A DNA stretch of 64,000 nucleotides from contig CAWETU010000001.1 in the NCBI GenBank assembly GCA_963812135.1, forward strand, positions 864,001-928,000, written 5' to 3'. This document shows, piece after piece, positions 49,583-59,158 of this stretch (within the stretch, counting starts at the first letter, position 1; every line of letters begins with the position of its first letter). The notes beneath the pieces were generated by a model. That model was not told where the DNA came from and made no database searches. It worked only from the letters and a program-made list of their open reading frames with translations. Made by a program: the position numbers and the translations under genes. The DNA comes from Vulcanimicrobiota bacterium. Lineage in GTDB: Bacteria; Vulcanimicrobiota; Vulcanimicrobiia; Eremiobacterales; Eremiobacteraceae.

Positions 49583-49721
49583 GTGGTTATCCAATCTCCT
49601 TAGGAAGAGCGAGTACACTGCCGCTAATGATAGGGCACAGCGCGTTGGAAAACGCTGAGAATGCGCGCTTGGCCGCTCGCCGAGCAGAGTTCGCAAGACG
49701 CGTGTCGAAGCAAGCAAGCAG

Positions 49722-50306
49722 ATGCAATTTTCGCTCTTACCGCAACCGGAAATCGAAGTGCTCAACGACAATGAGCTCGGACGCATCGTCTATCGGCGCG
49801 CGCTCTTCGATGAAGCGCAAGTGCGCGAGTGGTTCGCAAAACTGCGTGAAGGCGCCGTCTGGCGCTCGGAGCGCCGGCCGATGTACGACCGGGTCGTCGA
49901 CGTCCCCCGGCTTGTCGCTTCGTATCGGCTCGACGATCCTGATCTGCCGGAGCCGATCGCACGCATGCGCCCCGCGGTCGAAGAATTTTCCGGCGTCACC
50001 TTCAACTCGGCGGGCTTAAATTTCTATCGCGACGGCAACGACAGCGTCGCGCCGCACGGCGATCATGTCGAGCGCGGGCCCGTGGGCGCACCAGTCGCGC
50101 TCGTCAGCCTCGGCGCCGTGCGCCGCATGACGATCCGTAGCAACGCCAAACCGCGCCGCATCCTCGATCGAGATCTCGAGCCCGGCAGCCTCCTGCTCAT
50201 GAGCTACGTGAGCCATCTCAATTTTCTGCACGGGATTCCGAAGACGCGCGAGCACGTCGGCCCAAGGATCAGCGTGGCGTTCCGCCAGACCAACCCGGGC
50301 AAGTAA
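49722..50306 (+). CDS. AlkB-family 2OG-Fe(II) dioxygenase
   Basis: PRL, NFYRDGNDSVAPHGD, HGIPK, RISVAFR. Confidence 0.9.
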   Translation: MQFSLLPQPEIEVLNDNELGRIVYRRALFDEAQVREWFAKLREGAVWRSERRPMYDRVVDVPRLVASYRLDDPDLPEPIARMRPAVEEFSGVTFNSAGLNFYRDGNDSVAPHGDHVERGPVGAPVALVSLGAVRRMTIRSNAKPRRILDRDLEPGSLLLMSYVSHLNFLHGIPKTREHVGPRISVAFRQTNPGK

Positions 50307-50309
50307 CGC

Positions 50310-50879
50310 TTAGGAAATCTGCTCGGGCGGCTCGTGTTGGCTTCGCGCGGCCGCGATGAACGTGTTGACTTTACCCGGCTCGACACCCTGACGCTGGACC
50401 CAGTCGGCGGCGCTGTCCTTCAATTTCTCGAAGCGCTGCCAAAGAAAAGCACCGACGACGCTGCGGTGGATCGCGATGACGTCGCTCAACATCGCCCAAG
50501 CGGCCAAGATGCGGCCAAATGCGGCCTTATTGATGATCTGGCCCTCGATAAGCCCTTCCTCGACATACGTTCCGACTCGATCGAAGAACCGCAGGATGAG
50601 CAGTTCCTTGTGGACGCGCGCGTCGCCGAGCGACGTGAGCTCGACCTCCTTGCGGAATTGCGGATCCTTGAGCTTCTCGTGCAACTCGTACGTGACGAAA
50701 CGCCGCGCGTCGTCAAGCTCCGGCGAGTCGAGCTCTGCAAAAATGCGCATCGCGCCTTCAAGCTGCGTGGCGCGGCGCAACTCGTCGAGTTGGCGCCAGC
50801 CGACGATGACCGTGATCACGATGACGACGGCGGTCGCCACGCTGCCGATGGCGGAGAGCGCAGCCCAGAACGTGTCCAC
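50310..50879 (-). CDS. DUF4760-like single-TM protein (paralog 3)
   Basis: RQLDELRRATQ; FFDRVGTYVEEGLI; WQRFEKL. Confidence 0.6.
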   Translation of the reverse strand: MDTFWAALSAIGSVATAVVIVITVIVGWRQLDELRRATQLEGAMRIFAELDSPELDDARRFVTYELHEKLKDPQFRKEVELTSLGDARVHKELLILRFFDRVGTYVEEGLIEGQIINKAAFGRILAAWAMLSDVIAIHRSVVGAFLWQRFEKLKDSAADWVQRQGVEPGKVNTFIAAARSQHEPPEQIS

Positions 50880-50913
50880 GCGCCAACGTTGAAGGCGCAG
50901 GGGCGACGGCCCT

Positions 50914-52005
50914 TTAGTCGGCTAACCGGAAGCCGATGTGGTTGGCCGAGCTGCTCGGCTCGGTCTGATTGCGACCGCCAACTTCGTAGCGCGAGCAGAA
51001 CTGGTCGGTGCACAAGAATGAGCCGCCGCGCACGGAGCGCTTCGGCACGCCCGGCTCTTGCGGATCGTAGCTGTCGGCCGGCCCCTTCGGATTAACGGCC
51101 ACGCCGCCGGCTGCCGCGAGTTGCTGGTAGTAGTCCGCGCGATACCAGTCGGACGTCCACTCCCACACGTTGCCGGACATATCGTACAATCCATAACCGT
51201 TTGGCTTGTATGAACCAACGCGCGTGGTGGTGGGATGGTTGTGCGGCGCGGTGCTCTTATCCGGAAAATGGCCGACGTACGTGTTGGCCATGGATTTCCC
51301 GTTCGGTGCGAACTGCGTGCCCCACGCGTAGGTCAGGCAATCCAACCCACCGCGCTCGGCGAATTCGTATTCCGCCTCGGTCGGCAGCCGCTTGCCGGCC
51401 CACTTCGCATATGTTTGAGCGTCCTCGAACGCGATCTGCACGACCGGGTAATCGCCTTTGCCGTCGATCGTGCTGCCCGGGCCATCGGGATGACGCCAGT
51501 TCGCACCGGGCACATAGCGCCACCATTGCGAGTCGTCGTTGAGCTCGACCGGATGTTTCGGCGGCGTGAAGACAAGCGACCCGGGGACGAGCTTGTCCGG
51601 CGGCGCGTCAGGAAAATCTTTCTGCAGCGGCTTGCGTTCCGCGACGGTCACGTAGTGCGTCGCGCGCACGAAGCGCGCGAACTGATCGTTGGTCACCACG
51701 GTAGGCGCGATCCAGAAACCGCTCACCCGCACGCGATGCCAGGGCCGCGCATCCGCGAACTTCGGATCGTTCGAACCCATCGAGAACTCGCCGCCGGCGA
51801 TCCATATCATGCCGGCGTGCGCTTTCGGATCCTGCGCTGCCTGACGAGAAAACGCGCTTGGCTCGCACTTCGAGCCGTCCGCGGCGGGTGAAGAGAACAT
51901 CCCCTGAGCCGGTGCGCTTGCGACTGTGGGTTTGGCGCACGATACGGCGAGGACACCCGTGATGACGAGCAGCGCGACGCACCGGGACTGGCAGGGCAGG
52001 ATCAT
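50914..52005 (-). CDS. formylglycine-generating enzyme family protein (lipoprotein signal)
   Basis: GGEFSMGS, RLPTEAEYE, NGYGLYDMSGNVWEW, RGGSFLCTDQFCSRY, HIGFR. Confidence 0.9.
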   Translation of the reverse strand: MILPCQSRCVALLVITGVLAVSCAKPTVASAPAQGMFSSPAADGSKCEPSAFSRQAAQDPKAHAGMIWIAGGEFSMGSNDPKFADARPWHRVRVSGFWIAPTVVTNDQFARFVRATHYVTVAERKPLQKDFPDAPPDKLVPGSLVFTPPKHPVELNDDSQWWRYVPGANWRHPDGPGSTIDGKGDYPVVQIAFEDAQTYAKWAGKRLPTEAEYEFAERGGLDCLTYAWGTQFAPNGKSMANTYVGHFPDKSTAPHNHPTTTRVGSYKPNGYGLYDMSGNVWEWTSDWYRADYYQQLAAAGGVAVNPKGPADSYDPQEPGVPKRSVRGGSFLCTDQFCSRYEVGGRNQTEPSSSANHIGFRLAD

Positions 52006-52006
52006 C

Positions 52007-52684
52007 TCATTTAGGAGGCCGGATCAGCATGTCGGACGTATTTGCGATTCTCTTCATCACAAGGGAGATCGTGGATACGAGCTTCGAGCGCCTATCGATA
52101 CACGTCTGAAGTCGTTGTGAAGTCGTTTCGCTCATCTCATTTAGCTTGTCATACTGCAGTTTCAACTGCGCGGCCGTTGGCGGTAGATTACCGGCGGGAC
52201 TCGGTGAAGGACTGACATTTTTCGCCGCATTCGCCGCAAGGGCATTTACCTGGTTCATCTGTTCGCGCAACTGCTGCTTCGCCGCGTCCTGTGCTTTCAC
52301 TTGGTCCATGATGTTCTTGAGGTCCTGGTCCATATCGTTTGTGGCTTGCATCATGACGATGAACGCGAGCTCTTCGATGTCGCCGCCCGAGAGATTCATG
52401 CCCGCGAGCATCGGATCGGTCGGACTTGGCCAGTTGAGACCGTCAGTCTGACCGAGGCTTATGCTCCGCGCCTCTTGGGAGATCCATGGCATGAGCCTGG
52501 GCGGGACCCGGGTGATGAGCTTCGAGTACAGTTGGTTCGCGCCCGCTGGCACAGGCAAGGGCGACACCATTGATGCCGCCGGCGCCGCTTGGAGCATTTG
52601 CGAGCTGGTCGCGGCCCCGGCGATCGGGGAGCTCACGAGCGACACAAAAATCGCGGCTGCGAACAAGGCGATCAGGAGGCGCAT
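52007..52684 (-). CDS. secreted coiled-coil hypothetical protein
   Basis: Signal peptide; DIEELAFIVMMQA...RLQ...RRSKLVSTIS. Confidence 0.7.
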   Translation of the reverse strand: MRLLIALFAAAIFVSLVSSPIAGAATSSQMLQAAPAASMVSPLPVPAGANQLYSKLITRVPPRLMPWISQEARSISLGQTDGLNWPSPTDPMLAGMNLSGGDIEELAFIVMMQATNDMDQDLKNIMDQVKAQDAAKQQLREQMNQVNALAANAAKNVSPSPSPAGNLPPTAAQLKLQYDKLNEMSETTSQRLQTCIDRRSKLVSTISLVMKRIANTSDMLIRPPK

Positions 52685-52704
52685 GATCGTATCTCCGATT
52701 CACA

Positions 52705-53112
52705 TCACGAGAACTTGATTCCCGCCTTTTGCACTTCTCGATTCGGCAAGAGCCAGACGAGCGATTCGTCGTGCAGGTCGACCACTTGGATGCGGTTGCC
52801 GAACGGATCGAGGAAGTCACAACGGAAGCCAGCGATCAGCTTGATCCCGTATTTCTTCGTCAGCTTGTCGCGCACTTCGGCGATCTGCGCTTCGTCGCGC
52901 ACCATAAGCCCGAAATGGCGCGTGCGGTCGGGCTTCATCGTCGCGACTTCGAACATCGCCAAGAACTGGTGCTCGCCGAGCTGGAAGAAGGCGTCGCCCT
53001 CGCCTTCATCTTTCTTCTTGAGGCCGAACACGTCTTCATAGAAGGCCACCGCCTGTTTGATATCGGTGACCTCGATGGCGATGTGGTTGATCCCGTAGAC
53101 GCGGACGCTCAC
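52705..53112 (-). CDS. VOC/glyoxalase family protein
   Basis: INHIAIEV...FYEDVFG...DPFGNRI. Confidence 0.88.
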   Translation of the reverse strand: MSVRVYGINHIAIEVTDIKQAVAFYEDVFGLKKKDEGEGDAFFQLGEHQFLAMFEVATMKPDRTRHFGLMVRDEAQIAEVRDKLTKKYGIKLIAGFRCDFLDPFGNRIQVVDLHDESLVWLLPNREVQKAGIKFS

Positions 53113-53453
53113 GCCGGTGCGGTGGTGCTGCTGTCGCGATTGCGTTGCGCGCGCGCTGCGACCGCGTTATAGATCACCGCGAACAGCGCGCCGGCGAGAC
53201 CGGCGATAACGATGCCGGCTAGCCAGTGCAATGGGAAGGCGAATATGGAATGTGCGAAGTGATGAGGCTGCATCGCACCGCCCATGCCTGGACCCATGCC
53301 GGGGCCGCCCATCGGGGCCATCCGGTGGTGGACAAAGCCGAAGGCGAAACCGAAAAGTCCGCGCAGAAACGCGAGGGCGGCCAGAGCGACGGCCATGCCG
53401 GCCGGACTGAGGACCAAAAAGCGAGCTGGGACGTTTAGTTGCGGGTTTTGCAT
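53109..53453 (-). CDS. small membrane protein
   Basis: Two TMs, GALFAVIYN, His/Met-rich loop; GAGGAG RBS. Confidence 0.6.
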   Translation of the reverse strand: MQNPQLNVPARFLVLSPAGMAVALAALAFLRGLFGFAFGFVHHRMAPMGGPGMGPGMGGAMQPHHFAHSIFAFPLHWLAGIVIAGLAGALFAVIYNAVAARAQRNRDSSTTAPA

Positions 53454-53616
53454 CGTGTTGAGTCTCCTCTGCCGTCTTATTCTACGCGAAGGCGTTTGGT
53501 TTTTCCGGTGGGGATGGGCCCCAAGCGGCCAAGCGTTCGCGCCAGCGCTCAAGGGACTTTCCCAACGCTTTTTCATGTAATTATGATAGTATTGGGTCAG
53601 AAAAATGGGGGTAATC

Positions 53617-55548
53617 ATGCCTCGCACCGCCCGGCTCGCTCTGATCGCGGCCACCCTGAGCCTCCTCGTCCCATTTGCTGCGGCCCGCGCCGACGATTAT
53701 GTCGGAGTGGCGCGGCTGAGTTTGCTCAACGGCACGGTGACGGTGCAACACGGCGACAACGGCGATACGGTCGCCGGCGCGATCAACGCGTCGCTGATGG
53801 TCGGCGACTACGTGTCGACGGGGAACGCCTCACGCACCGAAGTGCAGATCGACGATGCGAATTTCGTGCGCGTCGGGGCGGACACGCAGTTGCGCTTCAC
53901 ACGCATGGATCCCACCGACCATGTCCTTCAGCTCGCCACCGGCACGGTCGAGGTCAGCTTGCTGCGCGTCACCGACGCGCGTCCGCAGGTCGAAACGCCA
54001 TCTATCCGCATCCGGCCTGACGACGTCGGCCAATACCGCATCACCGTCACGAGCGACGGCGACACCTTATTGACGGTACGCGCTGGCCGGGCCGAGCTGC
54101 TCGCGCCCCAGGGCACGCAGACGATCTCCGCCGGCACGAGCGTGGTCATCCACGGCGCATCGTCCGACCCGAGCTATCACGTGGTCACAGCGATCGCGTA
54201 CGACGACTTCGACATGTGGAACGCGGACCGCGACCGGCTTGCACTGCGCGCCTACGCGACCACGTACGCGAGCAGCGACATCGTCGGGCTCGCTGACCTC
54301 GGCAGCTACGGACGGTGGGTTCCATCGGCGTACGGCTATGCGTGGTCGCCGTACAATCAGTTCAATTGGGCGCCATATCAATACGGCCGTTGGGCGTGGG
54401 CCCAACAGTGCGGCTGGACGTGGGTCGGTTACGAGCCGTGGGGATGGGCGCCGTATCACTACGGCCGCTGGTTCTACGCCCCAGCGTTCGGCTGGGCGTG
54501 GTATCCGGGTCCGATCTATGGCCGCTACTACTGGCAGCCCGCGCTGGTCGCGTTCTTCGACTTCGGCGGCGGCGGTTTCAATTTCGGGATCGGCAACATC
54601 GGCTGGGTGCCGCTGGCGCCGTACGAGCCCTACTATCCATATCGCAACGTGACCAACATAACCAACATCACGAATATCACCAACATCACATACATCACGC
54701 CGATACGCGACCTCCGGCATCATTTGGGCAACGCAAGATGGCCCGGCGGCATTACCGCGATCCACGCCGGCGACCTGACGAATGGTTCCAAGTACCATTA
54801 CGTGCCGGTCCATGAGGGCGATCTCGGAAATGTCGCGGTGTCACCCGGTACGCTGCCGGTGGTTCCGACGCGGGCCGGCCAACGCTTCACGAACGACAGC
54901 GGTACGACCGCAGCGATCGTGCCTGTCTCCGCGCGCTTCGGATCGATGGCGAAACCGCAACTGCAGCCGACGTTTGAGCAGCAACGTGCTGCGGTCGCGG
55001 CGGTCGCCGGACAGCTGAACGCCACGCGGACGGTCGAGACCATGCGCGTGCAGAGTCAGCCGCTCAAGACCGTCCAGTCGAACATCGTGCCAAGCGTCTG
55101 GAGCAAATTCGGTCCCACCGACGCGCAAAAGCCGGTCGGCGGCCACCCCAACGCGGGCCCGCAGAAAATCTCGTCGCTGCAAACGACTGTGACGTCGTCG
55201 ACGATCACTGCCGTGCACGCGGGCGGCACTATCGCCGCGAGTGCGAGCGCGCACGCCGACCCATCGAATGTGTGGAGCAGGTTCGCGACCAGCAATTCGC
55301 CGACGTCGGTGACCGCGCTTCACGCGCCGAGCTACATGCTGCACGCGTACCCGGCGCAGAGGCCGCAGATGGCGCCGTACTCGCCGTATCACTCGCTGAT
55401 GCCGGGCAACGGGTTCTATGCAGCCCCGAACAACGCTGGCTATCAAGCGCCGCACATCACGGCACCGGTGGTGCCGCAGCCCCCGCCGCATGTCGAGGCT
55501 CCACACCAGAGCGGCGGCAACGGCAAGAATTCGACCAAGCACAAATAG
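53617..55548 (+). CDS. FecR-like + DUF6600-like (W/Y/G/P-rich) secreted protein
   Basis: VARLSLLNGTV...GDYVSTG; WAPYQYGRW, EPWGWAPYHYGRW, GWVPLAPYEPY. Confidence 0.78.
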   Translation: MPRTARLALIAATLSLLVPFAAARADDYVGVARLSLLNGTVTVQHGDNGDTVAGAINASLMVGDYVSTGNASRTEVQIDDANFVRVGADTQLRFTRMDPTDHVLQLATGTVEVSLLRVTDARPQVETPSIRIRPDDVGQYRITVTSDGDTLLTVRAGRAELLAPQGTQTISAGTSVVIHGASSDPSYHVVTAIAYDDFDMWNADRDRLALRAYATTYASSDIVGLADLGSYGRWVPSAYGYAWSPYNQFNWAPYQYGRWAWAQQCGWTWVGYEPWGWAPYHYGRWFYAPAFGWAWYPGPIYGRYYWQPALVAFFDFGGGGFNFGIGNIGWVPLAPYEPYYPYRNVTNITNITNITNITYITPIRDLRHHLGNARWPGGITAIHAGDLTNGSKYHYVPVHEGDLGNVAVSPGTLPVVPTRAGQRFTNDSGTTAAIVPVSARFGSMAKPQLQPTFEQQRAAVAAVAGQLNATRTVETMRVQSQPLKTVQSNIVPSVWSKFGPTDAQKPVGGHPNAGPQKISSLQTTVTSSTITAVHAGGTIAASASAHADPSNVWSRFATSNSPTSVTALHAPSYMLHAYPAQRPQMAPYSPYHSLMPGNGFYAAPNNAGYQAPHITAPVVPQPPPHVEAPHQSGGNGKNSTKHK

Positions 55549-55572
55549 CGCGCCAAGGTCCGCGCTCGCCCG

Positions 55573-57084
55573 TTGCGTAATCGAGCCGCCGTGAGAAGTC
55601 CGGCTAGTTACGCATTGCTCGCGGTTGCGCTTGGCGTCCTCGCGGGTTGCGGCGGCGGCTCATCAGGCATGCCCGGCGGCGGACCCACTCCGCCTCCGCC
55701 GACCCCTGGCCCGATTCAAGCCGTACGCATCAGCTCCGACCCATTCGTCAATGGGTCTAGCCAGCACGCGACCGAGGTCGAGCCTCATGTGGTCGCGTCA
55801 GGGATGACGCTGGTCGCGGCTCTTCAACAGGGACGCTTTCCCGCGGCCGGTTCGTCCGACATCGGTTTTGCGACATCGATAAATGGCGGCCTCACGTGGA
55901 CGGCCGGTTCGCTGCCGGGCACGACCACGAACTCGACGCCGGCCGGACCCTACGACAGCGTGAGCGATCCAAGCGTGGCGTTTGACGCGAAGCACGGCCT
56001 CTGGCTGATGTCATCGTTGCCGATCTTGTTCAGCAACGCGCCGACTCCGGCAGTGCTCGTCAACCGTTCAACCGACGGCATCACCTGGGGCAACCCCGTT
56101 TCCATCGCGCTGGGTCAGGTCAGCACCGACAAAGATTGGATCGTCTGCGACAGCAATCTCGGCAGCCCGCACTACGGCAACTGTTATGTCGAGTGGGATG
56201 ACCCAAGCGCCAACGACCTCATCCACATGAGCACGTCGAGCGATGGCGGTGTCACCTGGAGCGCGCCCGCGAATACGGCGGACAATGCGACCGGCATCGG
56301 CGGCCAACCGCTCGTGCAACCGAACGGCACGGTGATCGTCCCGATCAACGACGCCTTTCAGGCCAACATGCTTTCGTTCAGATCGACGGACGGCGGCGCG
56401 ACGTGGTCTTCAACGGTTTCCTTCGGAATCGCAAACCATCTCGTGGGCGGCGGCATGCGCACCAGTCCGTTGCCATCAGCTGCGATGGACGCAAGCGGCA
56501 AAGTGTATCTCGCGTGGCAGGATTGCACTTTCCGATTGGGCTGCACTTCGAACGACATTGTGATCAGGACGACGATGGACGGCGTGAGCTGGTCTGCGCT
56601 CGCGCGAGTTCCCATCGACGCAACCAGCAGTACCGTCGATCACTTCATCCCGGGCATCGGCATCGACCCGACCACCAGTGGCGCCGGCGCGCACATCGGC
56701 CTCACCTATTATTACTATCCGGACGCTGGCTGTTCCACGGCTTGTCAGCTGTTCGTGGGGTTCGTCGGGTCGACGGACGGCGGCGCGACGTGGACCTCTC
56801 CGCAGACGCTTGCCGGACCCATGGCGTTGTCGTGGCTCGCGCAAACCACGCAGGGACCGATGGTGGGCGACTACATCGCGACCGCGTTTTCGGGCGGCCA
56901 GCCGATCGGAGTGTTCGCAATCGCGAACCCGAAGGGCGTCTTCTTCGACGAAGGGATGTACGTGCCGAAGCCAGGTTTCTTGACGCTCCACTCCGCGGCG
57001 ATGCGCGCCTCTGTCGGCGAGCGGCCGGTCCGCGGCGCTCATTCCGATCACGGGCCACCGGGACTGCCGATCCGGATTCGCTAG
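55573..57084 (+). CDS. sialidase-like/BNR beta-propeller lipoprotein
   Basis: Lipobox LAGCG; repeated Asp-boxes SxDGGxTW. Confidence 0.8.
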   Translation: MRNRAAVRSPASYALLAVALGVLAGCGGGSSGMPGGGPTPPPPTPGPIQAVRISSDPFVNGSSQHATEVEPHVVASGMTLVAALQQGRFPAAGSSDIGFATSINGGLTWTAGSLPGTTTNSTPAGPYDSVSDPSVAFDAKHGLWLMSSLPILFSNAPTPAVLVNRSTDGITWGNPVSIALGQVSTDKDWIVCDSNLGSPHYGNCYVEWDDPSANDLIHMSTSSDGGVTWSAPANTADNATGIGGQPLVQPNGTVIVPINDAFQANMLSFRSTDGGATWSSTVSFGIANHLVGGGMRTSPLPSAAMDASGKVYLAWQDCTFRLGCTSNDIVIRTTMDGVSWSALARVPIDATSSTVDHFIPGIGIDPTTSGAGAHIGLTYYYYPDAGCSTACQLFVGFVGSTDGGATWTSPQTLAGPMALSWLAQTTQGPMVGDYIATAFSGGQPIGVFAIANPKGVFFDEGMYVPKPGFLTLHSAAMRASVGERPVRGAHSDHGPPGLPIRIR

Positions 57085-57809
57085 CTCTTCGGCGTCGCTT
57101 TGAAGCGCGCGAGCGGGAAACCGCCGCCGTACAGATTGAGCATGCCGTGGTCGAAGTTGAAGGTTTGGACTTGCTCCAACGCTTTGGTGAACGCCGACTC
57201 GACCGTCGCGCCCTCGGCGCAGGCCATGCGCGTCATCGCAAGCGGCGAGAACTTCAGCGAGCTGCCTGTCTGCGTGTAGGTGCCCGCGAGCCGGTTGCAA
57301 CCGGTCGACCCAGACACGTGATGCCCCGTCTCGTCGAACGTCAGCGTCGGCGCCGGCGACGTCGCCGACTTGGAGAGATGTTGGCCGCGCAACTCGGTCA
57401 GCACCCAGGTGTTGCTGTCGAGGGTCATGAGGGAAAGGTTCTTGTTCGCCGTCGTCTTGATCTCATTGCCGGAGCGGTCCAAGACGCGTAGCGTGCGCGG
57501 ATTGGCGAGCGCGAAATACTGCGGCGCCCCATACGGCGACTTCAGCTCGACCCTGGACGTCGCGCTATCGAATGACCAGGAACCCTTGTAGACGACATCG
57601 GGGACGTCGCGCAAGAGGTAGTGCAGGTCGAGGACGTACTTGCCATCCGCACCGAGCGTCAGCGTTGTGCGCGTGCCGGCGCAATCAGCACAGGGCATCG
57701 TGCCGGCGAACGTCGCGGGCAGCGCGAACGGGGGCGCTGATGCAGCGCTCGCACGCGCCGCGCACAGCAACACAAAAACCGCGAGTAGTTCAAGCAAGCC
57801 TCGACGCAT
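57081..57809 (-). CDS. NlpE-N + META (HslJ) domain protein
   Basis: GTMPCADC; SGSTGCNR...TRMAC. Confidence 0.85.
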   Translation of the reverse strand: MRRGLLELLAVFVLLCAARASAASAPPFALPATFAGTMPCADCAGTRTTLTLGADGKYVLDLHYLLRDVPDVVYKGSWSFDSATSRVELKSPYGAPQYFALANPRTLRVLDRSGNEIKTTANKNLSLMTLDSNTWVLTELRGQHLSKSATSPAPTLTFDETGHHVSGSTGCNRLAGTYTQTGSSLKFSPLAMTRMACAEGATVESAFTKALEQVQTFNFDHGMLNLYGGGFPLARFKATPKS

Positions 57810-57826
57810 GGCGTATCCCCTCCGAA

Positions 57827-57850
57827 CGGTCGAGTAAACTCGACCGCTAC
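57827..57850 (-). repeat. GTAG-type REP palindrome copy 2
   Basis: Minus strand GTAGCGGTCGAGTTTACTCGACCG. Confidence 0.8.
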
Positions 57851-57854
57851 ATTC

Positions 57855-58766
57855 TTACGGAGAGAGCTTGAAGCCTTGGATGAAATCGCCCGCCGGCGTC
57901 GCCCAAACCGTCCAGAAGTTTCCCGTTTGGGAATCCACGCCGACGGTGTACACGCCGTTGACGACCTGCTGCGTCGCGATGAGATCGACCGAGGAGCCCG
58001 AGTCATGGAAGATGTTGACCCTGCCATGGCCCGCACACGCGAGGTTATGATGGGCGGGGTCGAGATTGCATTGGTCGTAGAAATTGTCGATTTTGGTGGT
58101 CCAGAGCAGCGTGCCGCTCAAATCGTACGTCATGAGCAAACCGCCGCGTCCCGAGACGTACACGTGGCCGAGCGCCGCGTCCAGCTGCAGGGGATGGTTG
58201 TGCTCGATGCCGGGTGTCGGCACTGCTTTCACGACCACGAGCGATTTTGGATCGATGATCACGAACTCGTTGAGATTGTCGATGTTCTGATAAATCTTGT
58301 GCGTCGCAGGGTCGATCGCCAAGAATTCCGGCTTGTGGCCGGGCAACGCCACCACGCCGATCTGCTTCAGATCCGCGCCGCTCGTCTCGATTACGAACAT
58401 GCGCGTTCCGTCGTCCTCGTCTGCGTAGATGCGATGCAACTGCGGATCGTACGCGATCGCGTCGACGGGGCCATCGACATCCACGGAGCGCAGCTCTTTC
58501 ATCCCGACCGGATCGACCTCCGACACGCTGCGCGCGTCGCCATTGCCCGTGAAGACATGTCCGGTCACGGGATCCACCGCCACGCCGTGTAGTGGGCCTA
58601 CGCGCACTTGGCCAAGCACCTGGCTGGTGTCCGCGTTCACGATGAGCAGCGCTTGGCTGCCCTCGTGCGCGGCGTAGACGCGGCGGCGTTGCGCGTCCAC
58701 GGTGACGTAGTCAAAGCCGCTGAAAATCGGTACAGAGGCGGGCGGAGCGACGGGCACGATGAGCAT
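57855..58766 (-). CDS. YncE-like beta-propeller protein
   Basis: FDYVTVDAQRRRVY, HGVAVDP, repeated D-P blade motifs. Confidence 0.78.
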   Translation of the reverse strand: MLIVPVAPPASVPIFSGFDYVTVDAQRRRVYAAHEGSQALLIVNADTSQVLGQVRVGPLHGVAVDPVTGHVFTGNGDARSVSEVDPVGMKELRSVDVDGPVDAIAYDPQLHRIYADEDDGTRMFVIETSGADLKQIGVVALPGHKPEFLAIDPATHKIYQNIDNLNEFVIIDPKSLVVVKAVPTPGIEHNHPLQLDAALGHVYVSGRGGLLMTYDLSGTLLWTTKIDNFYDQCNLDPAHHNLACAGHGRVNIFHDSGSSVDLIATQQVVNGVYTVGVDSQTGNFWTVWATPAGDFIQGFKLSP

Positions 58767-58899
58767 GGCGGCGGTTCCTCTCTGACGGCGAAAATGTGAC
58801 CTGGGTCAACCTGGGGAATCAGGCGCTCGAAGCGTGACTAATGCCACGCCGATAGGGGCATTTAGCGCTTAGGAATGCGTCTGTAGGAGTATTCGGGCA

Positions 58900-59154
58900 T
58901 TGTTGCAGTGGATAGTTGTGCTCGTCGTTGCGTATTGTGCGTACCGCTGGGCCGGTGGCTGGCCAGTCGCGGCAGGCGTGATTGTCTTATACGTGATCGG
59001 ATCGTATCTGTATCGGAAATCTCGCGAGCATTCGGAACGCGTCAAAGCCGCGCTCATCGTGAGCATGCCGCTGTCCGATGCTGAAAAAATCCACATGGAG
59101 AGCATGCAAGAGCGCAACCAGCGGCTTGCGCAGCGCCAGAGCGGGAAGCGCTGA
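58900..59154 (+). CDS. small membrane protein
   Basis: Two TMs; AGGAG upstream. Confidence 0.5.
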   Translation: MLQWIVVLVVAYCAYRWAGGWPVAAGVIVLYVIGSYLYRKSREHSERVKAALIVSMPLSDAEKIHMESMQERNQRLAQRQSGKR

Positions 59155-59158
59155 CCTC

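Noticed and set aside
49680..49721. SOS box upstream of alkB
   Set aside because: The best match, GAGC-N3-GTTC, has the wrong spacing and a mismatch.
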